This document shows positions 24,170 through 36,666 of a DNA stretch of 46,122 nucleotides, piece after piece. The notes beneath the pieces are model-generated. The model saw only the letters and a list, made by a program, of their open reading frames with translations, did no database searches and was not told where the DNA came from. Made by a program: the position numbers and the translations under genes. Origin of the DNA: Octopus bimaculoides (lineage: Eukaryota); contig NC_068982.1 in the NCBI RefSeq assembly GCF_001194135.2, positions 141,134,284 to 141,180,405 on the forward strand. Reading direction: 5' to 3'. How positions within the stretch are numbered: position 1 is the stretch's first letter; every line of letters begins with the position of its first letter.

Positions 24170-24835
24170 AATACTCTACCATTAGCGTCTACTAATGATC
24201 TACGTCCTGCAGTTCTTTGCATATTTCATTAATATTCACATGAGTGCAGATAATGAAAAGATGACGTGATGCAAACCGGACGTTGGCTAGTAATTATACT
24301 GAAGTCGTTGAGTATGTTGCGAACAGATCCTGATTAGGTAAAGCGTTGGTCAATTTGTATTAGTCCAAGGTATTCAACATGGTAGTCTATTGATACACGC
24401 TGTCTGATCTAAGAGCTTTCTTGTTCAGTCCCGTCTCCAAAGGTTTGATGAGCAGAGTGTATATTGGTGCCTCTTCGGTGATCAAATCACTTGGATATCT
24501 TATTCAGCCTGTTTAGCATCGGACCTGAAGAAGAACACCTCTCCTGTATGTTTAGTCGCTGGAAAATTTTGCTGCAAAAGATTTCAATTTTCAGTGTATT
24601 GACTTCCCCAAGAACATAGCAAGAGAACAGCATCGTCATACACTGACGACGTCACAGTTATTGTGTTGAATACATTGGACACAGTAGCAATCAACAGTAT
24701 TCTGAAAGAATACCTGATGAGTAGAATAACAGACTCCGTATTAGACGGTGAGCTTGCAACTGGGTACAGATAGGAAAATGTATGCTGGCCACCAGTAATT
24801 CTGAAGAGTGACTCACTTTTTTCGGGTAGCCACAC
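24170..24835 (+). mobile_element. Tx1/L1-clade LINE reverse-transcriptase fragment, heavily decayed
   Basis: Translation gives GKALVNLY*SKVFNMV (LD.SKAFDRV-like), LLYV*SLENF (PLLY.L.LEP-like) and SSYTDDVTVIV...ILKEY (AYADDVTV-like), in the correct RT order. Confidence 0.75.
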
Positions 24836-24974
24836 GCTTGGAAAATTATGCTTGGAGAATCATTCTTATTCTTTTACCATTTACTCGGTTCAGTAAATGT
24901 TTTACTAGAATAAAAGTTTCGTTTGTACAAATCGTCAACTGTATTTATTGTTATTTTAAGCCTGGTATTTATTC

Positions 24975-25040
24975 CCAGACCGGGTGTTGTGAGTGCTCAT
25001 TGAGCGAAAACACCTAAAGCTCCACGTGGCTCTAGCAGAT
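24975..25040 (+). mobile_element. SINE family 2, short internal fragment
   Basis: ttcccagaccgggtgttgtgagtgctcattgagcgaaaacacctaaagctccacg matches 25860-25920 and 29130-29180. Confidence 0.8.
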
Positions 25041-25352
25041 GAAAGGCAAAAATCGACTACGGCGGAATTTGAACTCAGAATGTAAATACCATTAATCATT
25101 TTTCACGGCGTGCTAACGTTTCTTATTTCTTTATTGCCCACAAGGGGCTAAACATAGAGGGGATAAACAAGGACAGACAAAGGGATTAAGTCAATTAGAT
25201 CGACCCCAGTGCGTATTGGTACTTAATTTATCGACCCCGAAAGGATGAAAGGCAAAATTGACCACGCCGGAATTTGAACACAGAACGTCATGGTAGACGA
25301 AATACCGCTAAGCATTTCACCCGGCGTGCTAACGTTTCTGTCAGCTCGCTGC
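25041..25352 (-). mobile_element. Two tandem SINE family-1 copies (partial 25041-25121; near-complete 25122-25352)
   Basis: Repeated blocks cggcggaatttgaactcagaa and cggcgtgctaacgtttct; the second copy has the full tail ttatttctttattgcccacaaggggctaaacatagagggg. Confidence 0.9.
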
Positions 25353-25804
25353 CGTCTGTTGCTCAATATATTTCTAACAGTGTGCCTTAAGTAAAAAAAA
25401 AAGAAATGTATTTTGTTATTATTAATCCAAACGAATTTTTTTAGGTCACTAAAGTAAGTACCAGTCAAGTACAAGGTCGATGAAATTGATATGACCCGCC
25501 CCTAAAATGTAATGTTCTTGAGGTAAAATTAGAAAATGTAATTTCGTAGTGTTGGTATTATCTGCCGTAGCCTGCAGACGCGTCGGTGTTTCTTTGCACC
25601 AGCTTGAATTTACTTTTTTTTTTTGACTGTGGAATTCTTCTCTTGGAAATCTATTCTATATTCACGACATTGAAAATAGCTTTTCGTTATGATTTTGACA
25701 CACACATACATACACACTTACGCACACATACACAAATACATACGGATCTGAATGGGTGTGAGAGAGTGAGAATTTTGTGTAAGTATATAATTATATTAAG
25801 GTTA

Positions 25805-26191
25805 TTGGAGGCGCAATGACCCAGTGATTAGGGAAGCGGAAGTAGGATCGCGGTTTCGATTGCCAGACCGGACGTTGTGAGTGTTTATTGAGCAAACACA
25901 CCTAAAAGTCCACGAGACTCCAGCAGGGTGGTGGTGGCGAACCCTGCTGTGCTCTTTCACCACAACTTTCTTTCACCCTTTCTTCTTGTTTCTGTTGTAC
26001 CTGTATTTCAAAGGGCCAGCCATGTCACACTCTTTGCCACGCTGAATCTCCCCGAGAACTACGTTAAGGGTACACTATTCTGTGGAGTGCTCAGCAACGT
26101 GCACGTTAAATTCACGAGCAGGGTGTTCCGTTGATGGGATCAACTGGAACCCTCGTCGTCGTAACCAACGTAGTGCCAACCAACTCAAACC
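25805..26191 (+). mobile_element. tRNA-derived SINE, family 2, full length
   Basis: A-box-like TGACCCAGTGATT and B-box-like GGTTTCGATTGCC; homologous to 29068-29440; probable 12-bp TSD atattaag(g/a)tta at 25793-25804 and 26192-26203. Confidence 0.9.
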
Positions 26192-27701
26192 ATATTAAGA
26201 TTAACCAGAATATCTATATTTACGATAGTTCGCTCATAAATTGTTGTTGAAGTGTTTTCTGTTGTAGGAAGATATAAATTGAACAGATTACGCACAGAAA
26301 AATCGAACCACAAACGATGCAGGTGGACTGTGACATCCTTAACTACACAACGATACATTTGACTATCTCTTTTTGGAAATTACTGAAACACGTTTCCTTT
26401 CCCGAGGGAAAAATTTGAAATTGTTATTTTCAAGTATTATTATGTTTTTTTTTTCTCTCATTCCAAATCATTTAATTAGTAATAAAATATTTATTCGAGT
26501 ATTTTTCAATTTATATTTTATAATTTTCTATGAATACACTACTTGCTTATCGCTGAACAATTTTCAACCAGAATTCATAAATAGACGTGTTAATTAATGT
26601 ACAGCATTAGTAGAAATGTTGTCAGTACACGATCTATGACACCATCTACAAATTAGGCATTGTTCTTCCAAACTTCTGCGACTTCATTTAATTCTAGCGT
26701 ACAATCAACGACATCATCAATTAGAATCGGATATATGAACAAAATTTGTTTTTTTTAAAATATCTGAATATTCTTAGGAAGTGTGAAAATTGGAAGTCGT
26801 ATTCTTTTTCAACTTCAAAATTATAGAAAGATGATAACAGGCGATTGATTTTAGTATTCAAAATTTCCATATAATTCTGTGATAAATTCTCTCATTATTA
26901 ATAGCGTATAAATAGCGTTTGTCACATTAGTAATGAAATAAAATAACTGAAGTTGAATAATATTTTTGATGCTTGCGTTTATATGTTTAATATGAAGTCA
27001 TATTTTCTGTGTACTTTTAGTTGAGTACATAATCTGAGAATACTTAGCCAGAAGGCATCAATTTAACAATTATACTTCATATCTTAATATATATTTGTAT
27101 CGAATAAGATTAAATAATATATCTACAAATGAATGACTTAATTTTTTTTCTTGCAAATTAAAGTAATTATGTTTGCAAGATTCGTATTAATAAATTATCG
27201 CAAGCACCTGTGAAACTTCAAACAAGAGTAAATGATTGAGGACATAAAAATTGACAGAGATTGATATGCTGAAAGTCACGTGGGACATTGTGGATTATCT
27301 AATCCACAAACTTAAAAAATTAATTAGGTTTGTGTCTAACTATTCTCACACTGAAATTATAGGTTTGATTTTAGTGACAGCTATCACATGCATATAATTG
27401 TATAGGTTTCATTACGAAGAGGGTTGTTTAATGAGAAATTTGTTGCTAAAATTCACAGTAGACGTATCTAACTGGATAAGATGGACCGAAAATATTATGC
27501 GTTTTAGAGTGAGGCTCTTACAATTTTACTTTAAAATGGTAATTATTAACATATTATTAATAAATGCAGTAAATCTGTTTTTTCCTTATTTAATTTAGTT
27601 TCAATACAATGTAGAGCTCTATGCGTACCGCTAAGGTATTCCAATGTTGTGCATGCATTTAGTCCAACACTGTGGTGAAAGTTGATTCAAAATGTTCTTT
27701 A

Positions 27702-27742
<41 letters not shown>

Positions 27743-27743
<1 letters not shown>

Positions 27744-28830
27744 TAGCAGAAAGACCGCCTTCTGGGTGGTTTTCTTCTAGCTACTCGATAATAGTTCCAC
27801 GTTTGAGTCCAAATTCTAATAAGTATTACGATATTTTACGTCTCATTATTTCTTCGTATAATAGTGCTCACTTGGTTACTAAATATTGTAATAAGTGTTT
27901 CGGGTTGTTACTGTCGACAGTGCAGTCTGAATGCTCTTAGCTTAGGCTTTTTTGGTCGGCAATCAGATCGAACTGTCTCGTGTAAGTCTATCTGTCCTTT
28001 TGTTTTATTGTCTTCTATTGCGTTTTTATTCCATTTTTTATATTCTTCTATACATATAGCGGGGTACGTTCACACTTCTGCTCATCTTATAGTAGGTATT
28101 ACCTAAATTTTGTACGACTCTTACACTATTGTTTAGTCCTCCTAATACTTTCTTCCCCTTTTCTTTTTCTCACCCCCCCACTCGCTCACATTTATTGACC
28201 CTCTCTTTCTTTAACTCCCACTATTTCCCCTTCGTTTATCTCCCCTGTTCCGTTCCCTTTGTCTCTGATGTTTTTTTCTAATCCTTCAATCCCGCTGCCT
28301 CTACCCCTCTGTCTTCCTTCCACGTGACCAGTGTGCCGCCAGCCATGATCTTTCTTTCTTGGCCTGACTGCCGACCGCCAAAACTTCTTATGTTACTCTC
28401 CTCTGTTCCTGCCTTTAGGTTTTCACTTTATACGCACTAGATTCGTTCTTAGTCGAGAGGCACATGTTGTTATTTTCTTGTTCTTTGTATTTGTTATGGT
28501 GTACCATGTCCTCCGTTTTTTTTGCCTCTCTTGCCGTAATCATTCGCTTGATTTTCTTATAAAAAGGGTCAAAAGCTGTTAGTTTAGACTTTTTGCGGGG
28601 CAACCAGACCGAACTGTCTCAAGTGTAACTCCCCGGAACACTTATGACTTCTTGTACTTGACTCAGGACAGGAGAATACGATTGACTTGTCTTTTGTTTT
28701 TGCCTGTCCTTCTAATTGTTGATGATCTATCTGTCCTAATGTTTTATCTTCCCCTATTGCGTCTTTGTTCAATTTTTTAATATTTATATATGCATATAGC
28801 GGCGCACGTACACACTTCTACTCACCATAT
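27743..28830 (-). mobile_element. Helitron-like non-autonomous element / dispersed repeat family, with an internal direct duplication
   Basis: On the minus strand it ends CTAG|T inside a (TA)n tract, with a short GC hairpin (accgcc-ttctg-ggtggt) 7 nt from CTAG. Segment 27945-28085 recurs at 28585-28825. Blocks cacgtgacc, cttagt(c/t)ga(g/a)ag, cattcgct(t)g and gctcttagcttagg are shared with 36100-36660 and 37690-37990. Confidence 0.55.
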
Positions 28831-29067
28831 ATTTATACATGTATACATATACATACATACACACACACACACGCACACACACACACACACATACACACAC
28901 ACACAGATATATANNNNNNNNNNNNNNNNNNNNNNNNNNNNNNNNNNNNNNNNNNNNNNNNNNNNNNNNNNNNNNNNNNNNNNNNNNNNNNNNNNNNNNN
29001 NNNNNNNNNNNNNNNNNNNNNNNNNNNNNNNNNNNNNATATGCGTGTGTGTGTGTGAGTATGTGTGT

Positions 29068-29440
29068 GGAGATGCAATGGCCCAGTGGTTAGGAAAGCGG
29101 ACTCGCGATCGTAGGATGGAGGTGTCGATTCCCAGATCAGACCGTGTTTAGTGAGCGAAAACACTTAAAGCTCCACGAGGCTCCGGCAAGGGATTATGGT
29201 GGATCCTGCTGTACTCATTCACCAAAACTTTCTCTCACTCTTTCTTCCTGTTTCTGTTGTACTTGTATTTCAAATGGCCAGCCCTGTCGCACTCTGTGTC
29301 ACTCTGTTCTCCTCGAGAACTACATTACGGTCCACAGTGTCTGTGGAGTGCTCAGTCACTTGCACAGTAATTTCACGAGCAGGCAGTTCCGTGGATCGGA
29401 TCAACTGGAACCCTCGTCGTCGTAACCGACGGAGTGCCAA
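29068..29440 (+). mobile_element. tRNA-derived SINE, family 2, full length
   Basis: GGAGATGCAATGGCCCAGTGGTTAGG head; tail ggatcaactggaaccctcgtcgtcgtaacc is identical to the 25805 copy. Confidence 0.9.
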
Positions 29441-29870
29441 CATACATATATATACATAGAAATAATATGCAGATAAAAATATAGATATTTGTTTTTCATT
29501 ATTCATCAAGTGGGTTACTCTCGGTGTTTGTAGAGTACAAATTTATTATTCTGAAGCAAGTTGGAAAACCAATTACTGTGTTTTACATCTTTTCAACTTA
29601 AACATGTATTTGCAATGTTTTTTTTTAAATTATAAGGTCTCGAGTTTTCGAAACAAGTGTTTAAATCAAATTTTATTTTTATATCTGTTTGTACATAAAT
29701 ATATACAAGCTTTTCATACAGAGCCACTGTCACAGATATCTATACACCTAAAATAAGATATTACAAAATTTCCACGTTTGAAATAGAACGGAATAAATAT
29801 TTATAAACACATAGCCCACAATCTCTGCTTCCATAAAACATGAAGTTTAAAATTTCTAAAATTTTTTACA

Positions 29871-30118
29871 GGAGTGGAAGTGTGGTAAGTAGCTTGCCTA
29901 CCAGCCACATGGTTCCGGGTTCAGTTCTACGAGCACCTTGCATTTCTTCTACTAAAGCCTCAGGATCGCTAAAGTCATGTGAATGAATTTGACAAGAGGT
30001 ATTGGTGTGTTTACGTTCCCGTAACTTAGCATTTTGGCCAACAGACCGATATAATAATTACCAGGTGTAAGAAATAAGTTCTGAGATTAATTTGTTCGAC
30101 TAAATACCTTCAAGGCAT
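29871..30118 (+). mobile_element. SINE family 3 copy lacking the internal microsatellite
   Basis: Head ggagtggaagtgtggtaagtagcttgcctaccagccacatggttccgggttcag is joined directly to the 3' body (ggtgtgtttacgttcccgtaacttagc...aagaaataagttctgaga..tttgttcgactaaa). Confidence 0.85.
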
Positions 30119-30305
30119 AGCTCAAATTTACATCCTAAATCCGCTACATCCTAAATACCATTCCACTCAAACTAGCAAATGCAAGAAATATTTTAAATTA
30201 GCAACGATTATATAAAGTCAAGATTAACTTCAGCCATCGTAGTCCGAAGATGCCTTAGCTGACCAAAATTTCGAAGTCACTATTCAGTCAATTTTCTTGT
30301 TAAAG

Positions 30306-30309
<4 letters not shown>

Positions 30310-30380
<71 letters not shown>

Positions 30381-30440
30381 CACACACATACACGCACACA
30401 CACACACACACACATACCCATATACACACACACAAACACA

Positions 30441-30473
<33 letters not shown>
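30310..30473. repeat. Long (CA)n microsatellite
   Basis: Directly visible. Confidence 0.97.
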
Positions 30474-30939
30474 GCATGTATGCATACCTTGAAAAAGCAA
30501 GAGATATTTCTATGAATTTATTACTGTATTTAAACAAAAAACAGCAAATTACAATAAAATCACCTTAACATTAACTCAAATTCTTCAATATTCACTTAAT
30601 CCATATCATATTACGTTAGTAAACATCGGGGAACGGTACGTCTTATTTCGTTTATCATTTTTGGACTAAACGATACAAATACACTTGCTGTAATCAAGCC
30701 AGCAGTCTACTAAGAAATTATTTCCAAAACACACGACAATACTAAATAGCAAATAAAAGTTGAAATGTGATAAATATTGATACAGACACGACTCAAATAA
30801 ATAATATACACAAGATTGAACCAACACTTGAATTAAGTGAAAACTTAAAAAAATAATAAGTAAACATTTTCATTCTTAACATTAGCAGTTTCCTCAACAA
30901 ACACACACGCACACACACACACACATATGTGAGGAAGCC

Positions 30940-31520
30940 AGTGGTACCTTCCCTAGACAGAAAGACAAAAACTGGGATAGTATACAGAGAGTTTGTGACA
31001 AAGTAAAGACAGTAAACACATGGTACAGGGCTTAAATATGAAGGCGTGATGTTTGTAGTAGCTACACCCCGTAGATTTAGGAAGGCTCTGCAGGAGACCA
31101 AACACAACATTATAATGGTTGAAAAGTAAAAGAGTACCATCAGATCGCAGTTATGTAGAACGGACCCCTTCGAAAATATCACATGCGCTAATGTAAGCTG
31201 CGTGTTATGTAAGAGTAACTCTGGCATTGACTGTGTAACTAGCAAAATGCAGCGTAAAATGCATAGAAGGTGCCTGTAAAGAAAAGAACATGGCATACAT
31301 TGGAGAAACAGCTAAAAGTATTTCGGAGAGATTTTAATAAACACTTGAAGCAATATGTTGACAAAACCCACTCCTAAATACTTTACCAACACGCCAATGA
31401 CCTGGCAGATCTGACATACGAATTTCATCCAAGCACCCGAAGGAGACATCAATCAGAAAAATACAGGAGTACGTCCTCGGAAATGAAAAGTACCCCGTAC
31501 TAAATAAGAAATACACGTAG
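30940..31520 (+). mobile_element. Penelope-like element 3' fragment: Cys-rich linker plus GIY-YIG endonuclease (Neptune-like), decayed
   Basis: Translation across shifts gives WY...KYEGVMFVVATP...MVEK*KSTIRSQLCRTDPFENITCANVSCVLCKSNSGIDC...CSVKCIEGACKEKNMAYIGETAKSISERF(N)KHL...IRKIQEYVLGNEKYPVLNKK. YIGET..S...RF..H and the terminal R..E....LN are GIY-YIG hallmarks. Confidence 0.85.
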
Positions 31521-31591
31521 AAGGTAGTGATACCCTTAAACCCACAGAATATAGATATATAAGTACATTTGGAAGCAGGTTGTTTTGTAGG

Positions 31592-31659
<68 letters not shown>

Positions 31660-32443
31660 NNNNNNNNNNNNNNNNNNNNNNNNNNNNNNNNNNNNNNNNN
31701 NNNNNNNNNNNNNNNNNNNNNNNNNNNNNNNNNNNNNNNNNNNNNNNNNNNNNNNNNNNNNNNNNNNNNNNNNNNNNNNNNNNNNNNNNNNNNNNNNNNN
31801 NNNNNNNNNNNNNNNNNNNNNNNNNNNNNNNNNNNNNNNNNNNNNNNNNNNNNNNNNNNNNNNNNNNNNNNNNNNNNNNNNNNNNNNNNNNNNNNNNNNN
31901 NNNNNNNNNNNNNNNNNNNNNNNNNNNNNNNNNNNNNNNNNNNNNNNNNNNNNNNNNNNNNNNNNNNNNNNNNNNNNNNNNNNNNNNNNNNNNNNNNNNN
32001 NNNNNNNNNNNNNNNNNNNNNNNNNNNNNNNNNNNNNNNNNNNNNNNNNNNNNNNNNNNNNNNNNNNNNNNNNNNNNNNNNNNNNNNNNNNNNNNNNNNN
32101 NNNNNNNNNNNNNNNNNNNNNNNNNNNNNNNNNNNNNNNNNNNNNNNNNNNNNNNNNNNNNNNNNNNNNNNNNNNNNNNNNNNNNNNNNNNNNNNNNNNN
32201 NNNNNNNNNNNNNNNNNNNNNNNNNNNNNNNNNNNNNNNNNNNNNNNNNNNNNNNNNNNNNNNNNNNNNNNNNNNNNNNNNNNNNNNNNNNNNNNNNNNN
32301 NNNNNNNNNNNNNNNNNNNNNNNNNNNNNNNNNNNNNNNNNNNNNNNNNNNNNNNNNNNNNNNNNNNNNNNNNNNNNNNNNNNNNNNNNNNNNNNNNNNN
32401 NNNNNNNNNNNNNNNNNNNNNNNNNNNNNNNNNNNNNNNNNNN

Positions 32444-32474
<31 letters not shown>

Positions 32475-33631
32475 CAATCAAAATACTTGCGAAACAGGGA
32501 AATATCTATGATGCGGAATGCATTACATGTATCGCAGTAGTTGTTCCTCTCTGTACGGATGCTGTCAATAATTAGAAAGATTCGTTATAATTAGGAGATA
32601 TAAACAGGTCAGAGGCTGTTTATAGTTTGTATAGAACAGTTTTGGTTGTGAAAATATGTTATGCACCGTTTGCAGGAATTCCTTCTATGTTATATTCATA
32701 AAGTTTGGTTTGAATACAAGTATAACACACATGAAATTCTGTTACAGTTTTGAAGACGTGTTAATGTACGTTAGTCACACGATTCCTAACTAAAATTGTT
32801 CTCTTAGCTAAATGATGGAGCACAATTACATCCTTACACAATACATACGTATTCAATTTAATAGACGAATGTTTAACTGTATATTTCTTGAATATATTGT
32901 GATTATTCTGCGGAATATATGCTAATTAAATAGTTTATCAACATTTTTCTTACAGAGTTTGTTTCGTTGAATATATTTCCTATGTAGTATTGTTATTTAC
33001 TTCGTTCATTTCCGCTAATAAATCGAAATGAATGAAGTGTAACTTGTTAATGCAAATGAGATTTCTAACCAAAAATGAATATATACGAAAGTAAAATCCA
33101 CAATGGATTTCATGGAAAGAATCTCAGAACCATAACAATATGTATTACGTAATACGAATATTATCATTAGAATGGTTTGCGTCTATGAATTACATTTCAG
33201 GATTCAGTTATAATGAGAATACATAATTCAAAGCCGTTATATGTGTTTTGTAGCAGTAATAACAGGAAGAACACAAGATCATCACCAAGTATTCGTCGAA
33301 TTTTTTATAAAAGTGTATCAATATGAACATGAAACCAATGAAGAAAAACATGAAATAATAATAAATCTATCTTCACATAAATGAATGCTGATACCAAATG
33401 ACAGTTTAGAAACTTTGTTAAAATGGTGTATTGCTATGACAATAAGATTTAGTTCCAGTGTATAGAACTGAAGTTATAGTTAAATTATAAAGTACGAATA
33501 ATTTTCGTGTTCATTTTAGGTTAGATGCTTCTATTATTCTTGTGCATAGAAATGTCGAGTAGACACATATGCATCTATGTTCATTCTTACATGTGCAAGC
33601 TGGTATAAGATTTGATTAATTTTAGCGTATT

Positions 33632-33901
33632 AATTCCAGCGTGGAAGGTGTTTATATGCCATTAAAGAACACACAAAAACCGTTAGCTTATCTTCAATAC
33701 GTAAATTTCATTTGGGAAAATATTTTCGTCGCTTTAAAACCACGACCTGTTCACTAAAGAAATTCCTTGCTGCATCAGTGAAAAGGTCGCGGTTTCAAAG
33801 ACACGAAAATATTTTGACAAATTAAATTTAAATTTTGAAATGAATCTAACGGTTTTTGCGTGTGTTTTTAATGGCTTATAAACACCCTCCGCGCTGCAAT
33901 T
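33632..33901. mobile_element. Fold-back (near-palindromic) MITE-like element with ~125-bp arms
   Basis: 33632-33755 aligns to the reverse complement of 33777-33901 at roughly 80% by eye (aatt.cagcg.gga.ggtgtttata.gccattaaa...caaaaaccgttag...aaaatattttcgt..cttt.aaacc.cgacct.ttcact); spacer about 21 nt. Confidence 0.88.
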
Positions 33902-34349
33902 GTTTTTGTTTCAGTACATTATCTCAGATCAGGTCACTTGCTCTGCAAGTATATCTCCGTAAAATGTATTAATTATTGATTAAAATACATTTCCATCGAC
34001 GTTTGTTATGATTCAAGATTGCGGGTATAATATCAGGCCACAAACATAGAAGTTTCTTATTGAATCCTAATGTAAACTGAAACAATAATACATAATGAAA
34101 TACTTAATGATTTAAAATATACATGTGTGTATGTATGTGCATGCATATTAGTGTGCTTGCGAATATACGTTGTATTACATATGAATGGATCGGCTGCAAA
34201 ATATTATTTGACAATCATTTTTATTACAAACACGAAAATATCAGATTCTATTCACATACAGCTAAAGAGACACAGACACAGAAACATTATGCATACAAAC
34301 TAACAGAAACGCACATGTATAGACGCATACATATATATGCACATGTATG

Positions 34350-34393
<44 letters not shown>

Positions 34394-35892
34394 TATATGT
34401 ATGCATGTTCAGTTTACGTGGCATTCATATGAATTATGCAAAGGTAAATTACTCCATACACGATATTGCCATAATAATTATGTGCACAGTGTCATCGTTG
34501 TATGTGCTCGTTTATATGGACACGAATTGAAAGAGAACAAGTGTTTGCTTCCCAGTGAGAAATGTTGCATATGAGCGAGAGAGTGTGAAAGACATGTTAG
34601 TAGGAATGTAAAATATTGAAAGCAGAGAAAAAATGTATATCCTTATATACGCAGGGGAATCACAACGTATTTGAAAATGTAGTTATATTCCGAGATATAG
34701 CGAAAGCATCATTTCTATCCTCTCATTGTCAATGATGGACGTCACGTTGCATTAGATGTGGCAAGAGTTTATTATTATTTTCGCAGAAGATTAGTTTCCA
34801 TTTCCCTTGCTACGTATATTACTACAGTAATCCACCTTTGTCAATTCATACTGCAAACCAACATGCTTTGGTTATTATGTATATACCTTATTTACTTCTT
34901 TTTAACATTACTATCACACATCAAATTTTTTCTCATATTCAGCGTAGTATTCATCGGCATATATGTAACTAATAGCAATGCAGATATACTCGATCAAACT
35001 TCAAACACTATATANNNNNNNNNNNNNNNNNNNNNNNNNNNNNNNNNNNNNNNNNNNNNNNNNNNNNNNNNNNNNNNNNNNNNNNNNNNNNNNNNNNNNN
35101 NNNNNNNNNNNNNNNNNNNNNNNNNNNNNNNNNNNNNNNNNNNNNNNNNNNNNNNNNNNNNNNNNNNNNNNNNNNNNNNNNNNNNNNNNNNNNNNNNNNN
35201 NNNNNNNNNNNNNNNNNNNNNNNNNNNNNNNNNNNNNNNNNNNNNNNNNNNNNNNNNNNNNNNNNNNNNNNNNNNNNNNNNNNNNNNNNNNNNNNNNNNN
35301 NNNNNNNNNNNNNNNNNNNNNNNNNNNNNNNNNNNNNNNNNNNNNNNNNNNNNNNNNNNNNNNNNNNNNNNNNNNNNNNNNNNNNNNNNNNNNNNNNNNN
35401 NNNNNNNNNNNNNNNNNNNNNNNNNNNNNNNNNNNNNNNNNNNNNNNNNNNNNNNNNNNNNNNNNNNNNNNNNNNNNNNNNNNNNNNNNNNNNNNNNNNN
35501 NNNNNNNNNNNNNNNNNNNNNNNNNNNNNNNNNNNNNNNNNNNNNNNNNNNNNNNNNNNNNNNNNNNNNNNNNNNNNNNNNNNNNNNNNNNNNNNNNNNN
35601 NNNNNNNNNNNNNNNNNNNNNNNNNNNNNNNNNNNNNNNNNNNNNNNNNNNNNNNNNNNNNNNNNNNNNNNNNNNNNNNNNNNNNNNNNNNNNNNNNNNN
35701 NNNNNNNNNNNNNNNNNNNNNNNNNNNNNNNNNNNNNNNNNNNNNNNNNNNNNNNNNNNNNNNNNNNNNNNNNNNNNNNNNNNNNNNNNNNNNNNNNNNN
35801 NNNNNNNNNNNNNNNNNNNNTGAGGATATTCTAACAACGATTTTCTGTAGTCTCTTATTCTGGTACCGTGTCCCGCTTCTTAGCGTAACAAG

Positions 35893-35939
<47 letters not shown>

Positions 35940-35999
35940 TGTGTGTGAGTGTGTTGTATCCAACGAAAAGGAGACGAGAAAGAAAACACTTTACATATC

Positions 36000-36666
36000 T
36001 TAAATTATAAATTACAATTGTCTCCGTACCATCTCGATTTGCAACGCGTGTTTACGCAAAATTTCTAAATGGGTCCGTACGTTATATTTTCACTTCACTG
36101 TCTCCCTCTCATTTTCTTCACCCTCCTTAATTACTTTGTCCCTTTGCCTCTACCTCTCTATCTTCTCTTCCCACGTGACCGGCGGTCGGCCAAGTCTGAT
36201 CTTTCTTCTTTGGCTGGCACTTGTGCGTGCAACATCGATATTCCTCCCTCTGCCTGTGAAATCTTGTATCCCTGATGTAAGGCTTTATTTCCACACACGC
36301 CAGCTTAATTTAGTTCCTTCTTAGTTGAAAGACACCTGATGTCCTGTTATTACTTTTATTTTTATTGTATTTGTGTAACATTGATCGTTCTTTCCGTCCT
36401 TGTTTTGTATACATTCGCTGCTTTCTTCCAAGGAATCTAATGCTCTTAGCTTAGGTTTTCCTTGGGACTGGCCAGATTAGAGCAATATCGAGAATGACCA
36501 GCCGAAATTGGAAAGATAACCTGGATCTCAATTGAGGAAAGAAAACTCCGAATGATCTGTCTTTGTTTTCTTTGTATCGTCTATCTGGATGTTTTGCTGT
36601 CCCTTACTTGTATCACCATACTGCATGTATGTCTTGCGTTCCTGTCCCATTTTGTATTATATATAT
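36000..36666. mobile_element. Dispersed repeat, same family as 28.3-28.8 kb
   Basis: Shared motifs cccacgtgacc...tgatctttctt..ttggc, tt(c/g)ttcttagt(t/c)ga(a/g)ag(a/g)cac and gctcttagcttagg. Confidence 0.65.

Noticed and set aside
25805-29150. tRNA-like A/B boxes at 25805 and 29068 as tRNA genes
   Set aside because: They continue into about 300 nt of shared non-tRNA body with a TSD, so they are SINE heads.
30793-31296. 167-aa Cys/Leu-rich minus-strand ORF
   Set aside because: It is antisense to the PLE GIY-YIG fragment and includes a (TG)n tract.
11679-33524. AG|GT juxtapositions (11679, 14933, 18967, 33518) as recursive splice sites
   Set aside because: Similar motifs occur on the minus strand (for example ~13795, ~15640, ~40323), consistent with chance frequency in AT-rich DNA.
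34690-35014. About 104-codon open frame (KHHFYPLIVNDGRHVALDVARVYYYF...)
   Set aside because: The distal part is low-complexity F/L/I typical of T-rich non-coding DNA; there is no good donor and no recognisable homology.
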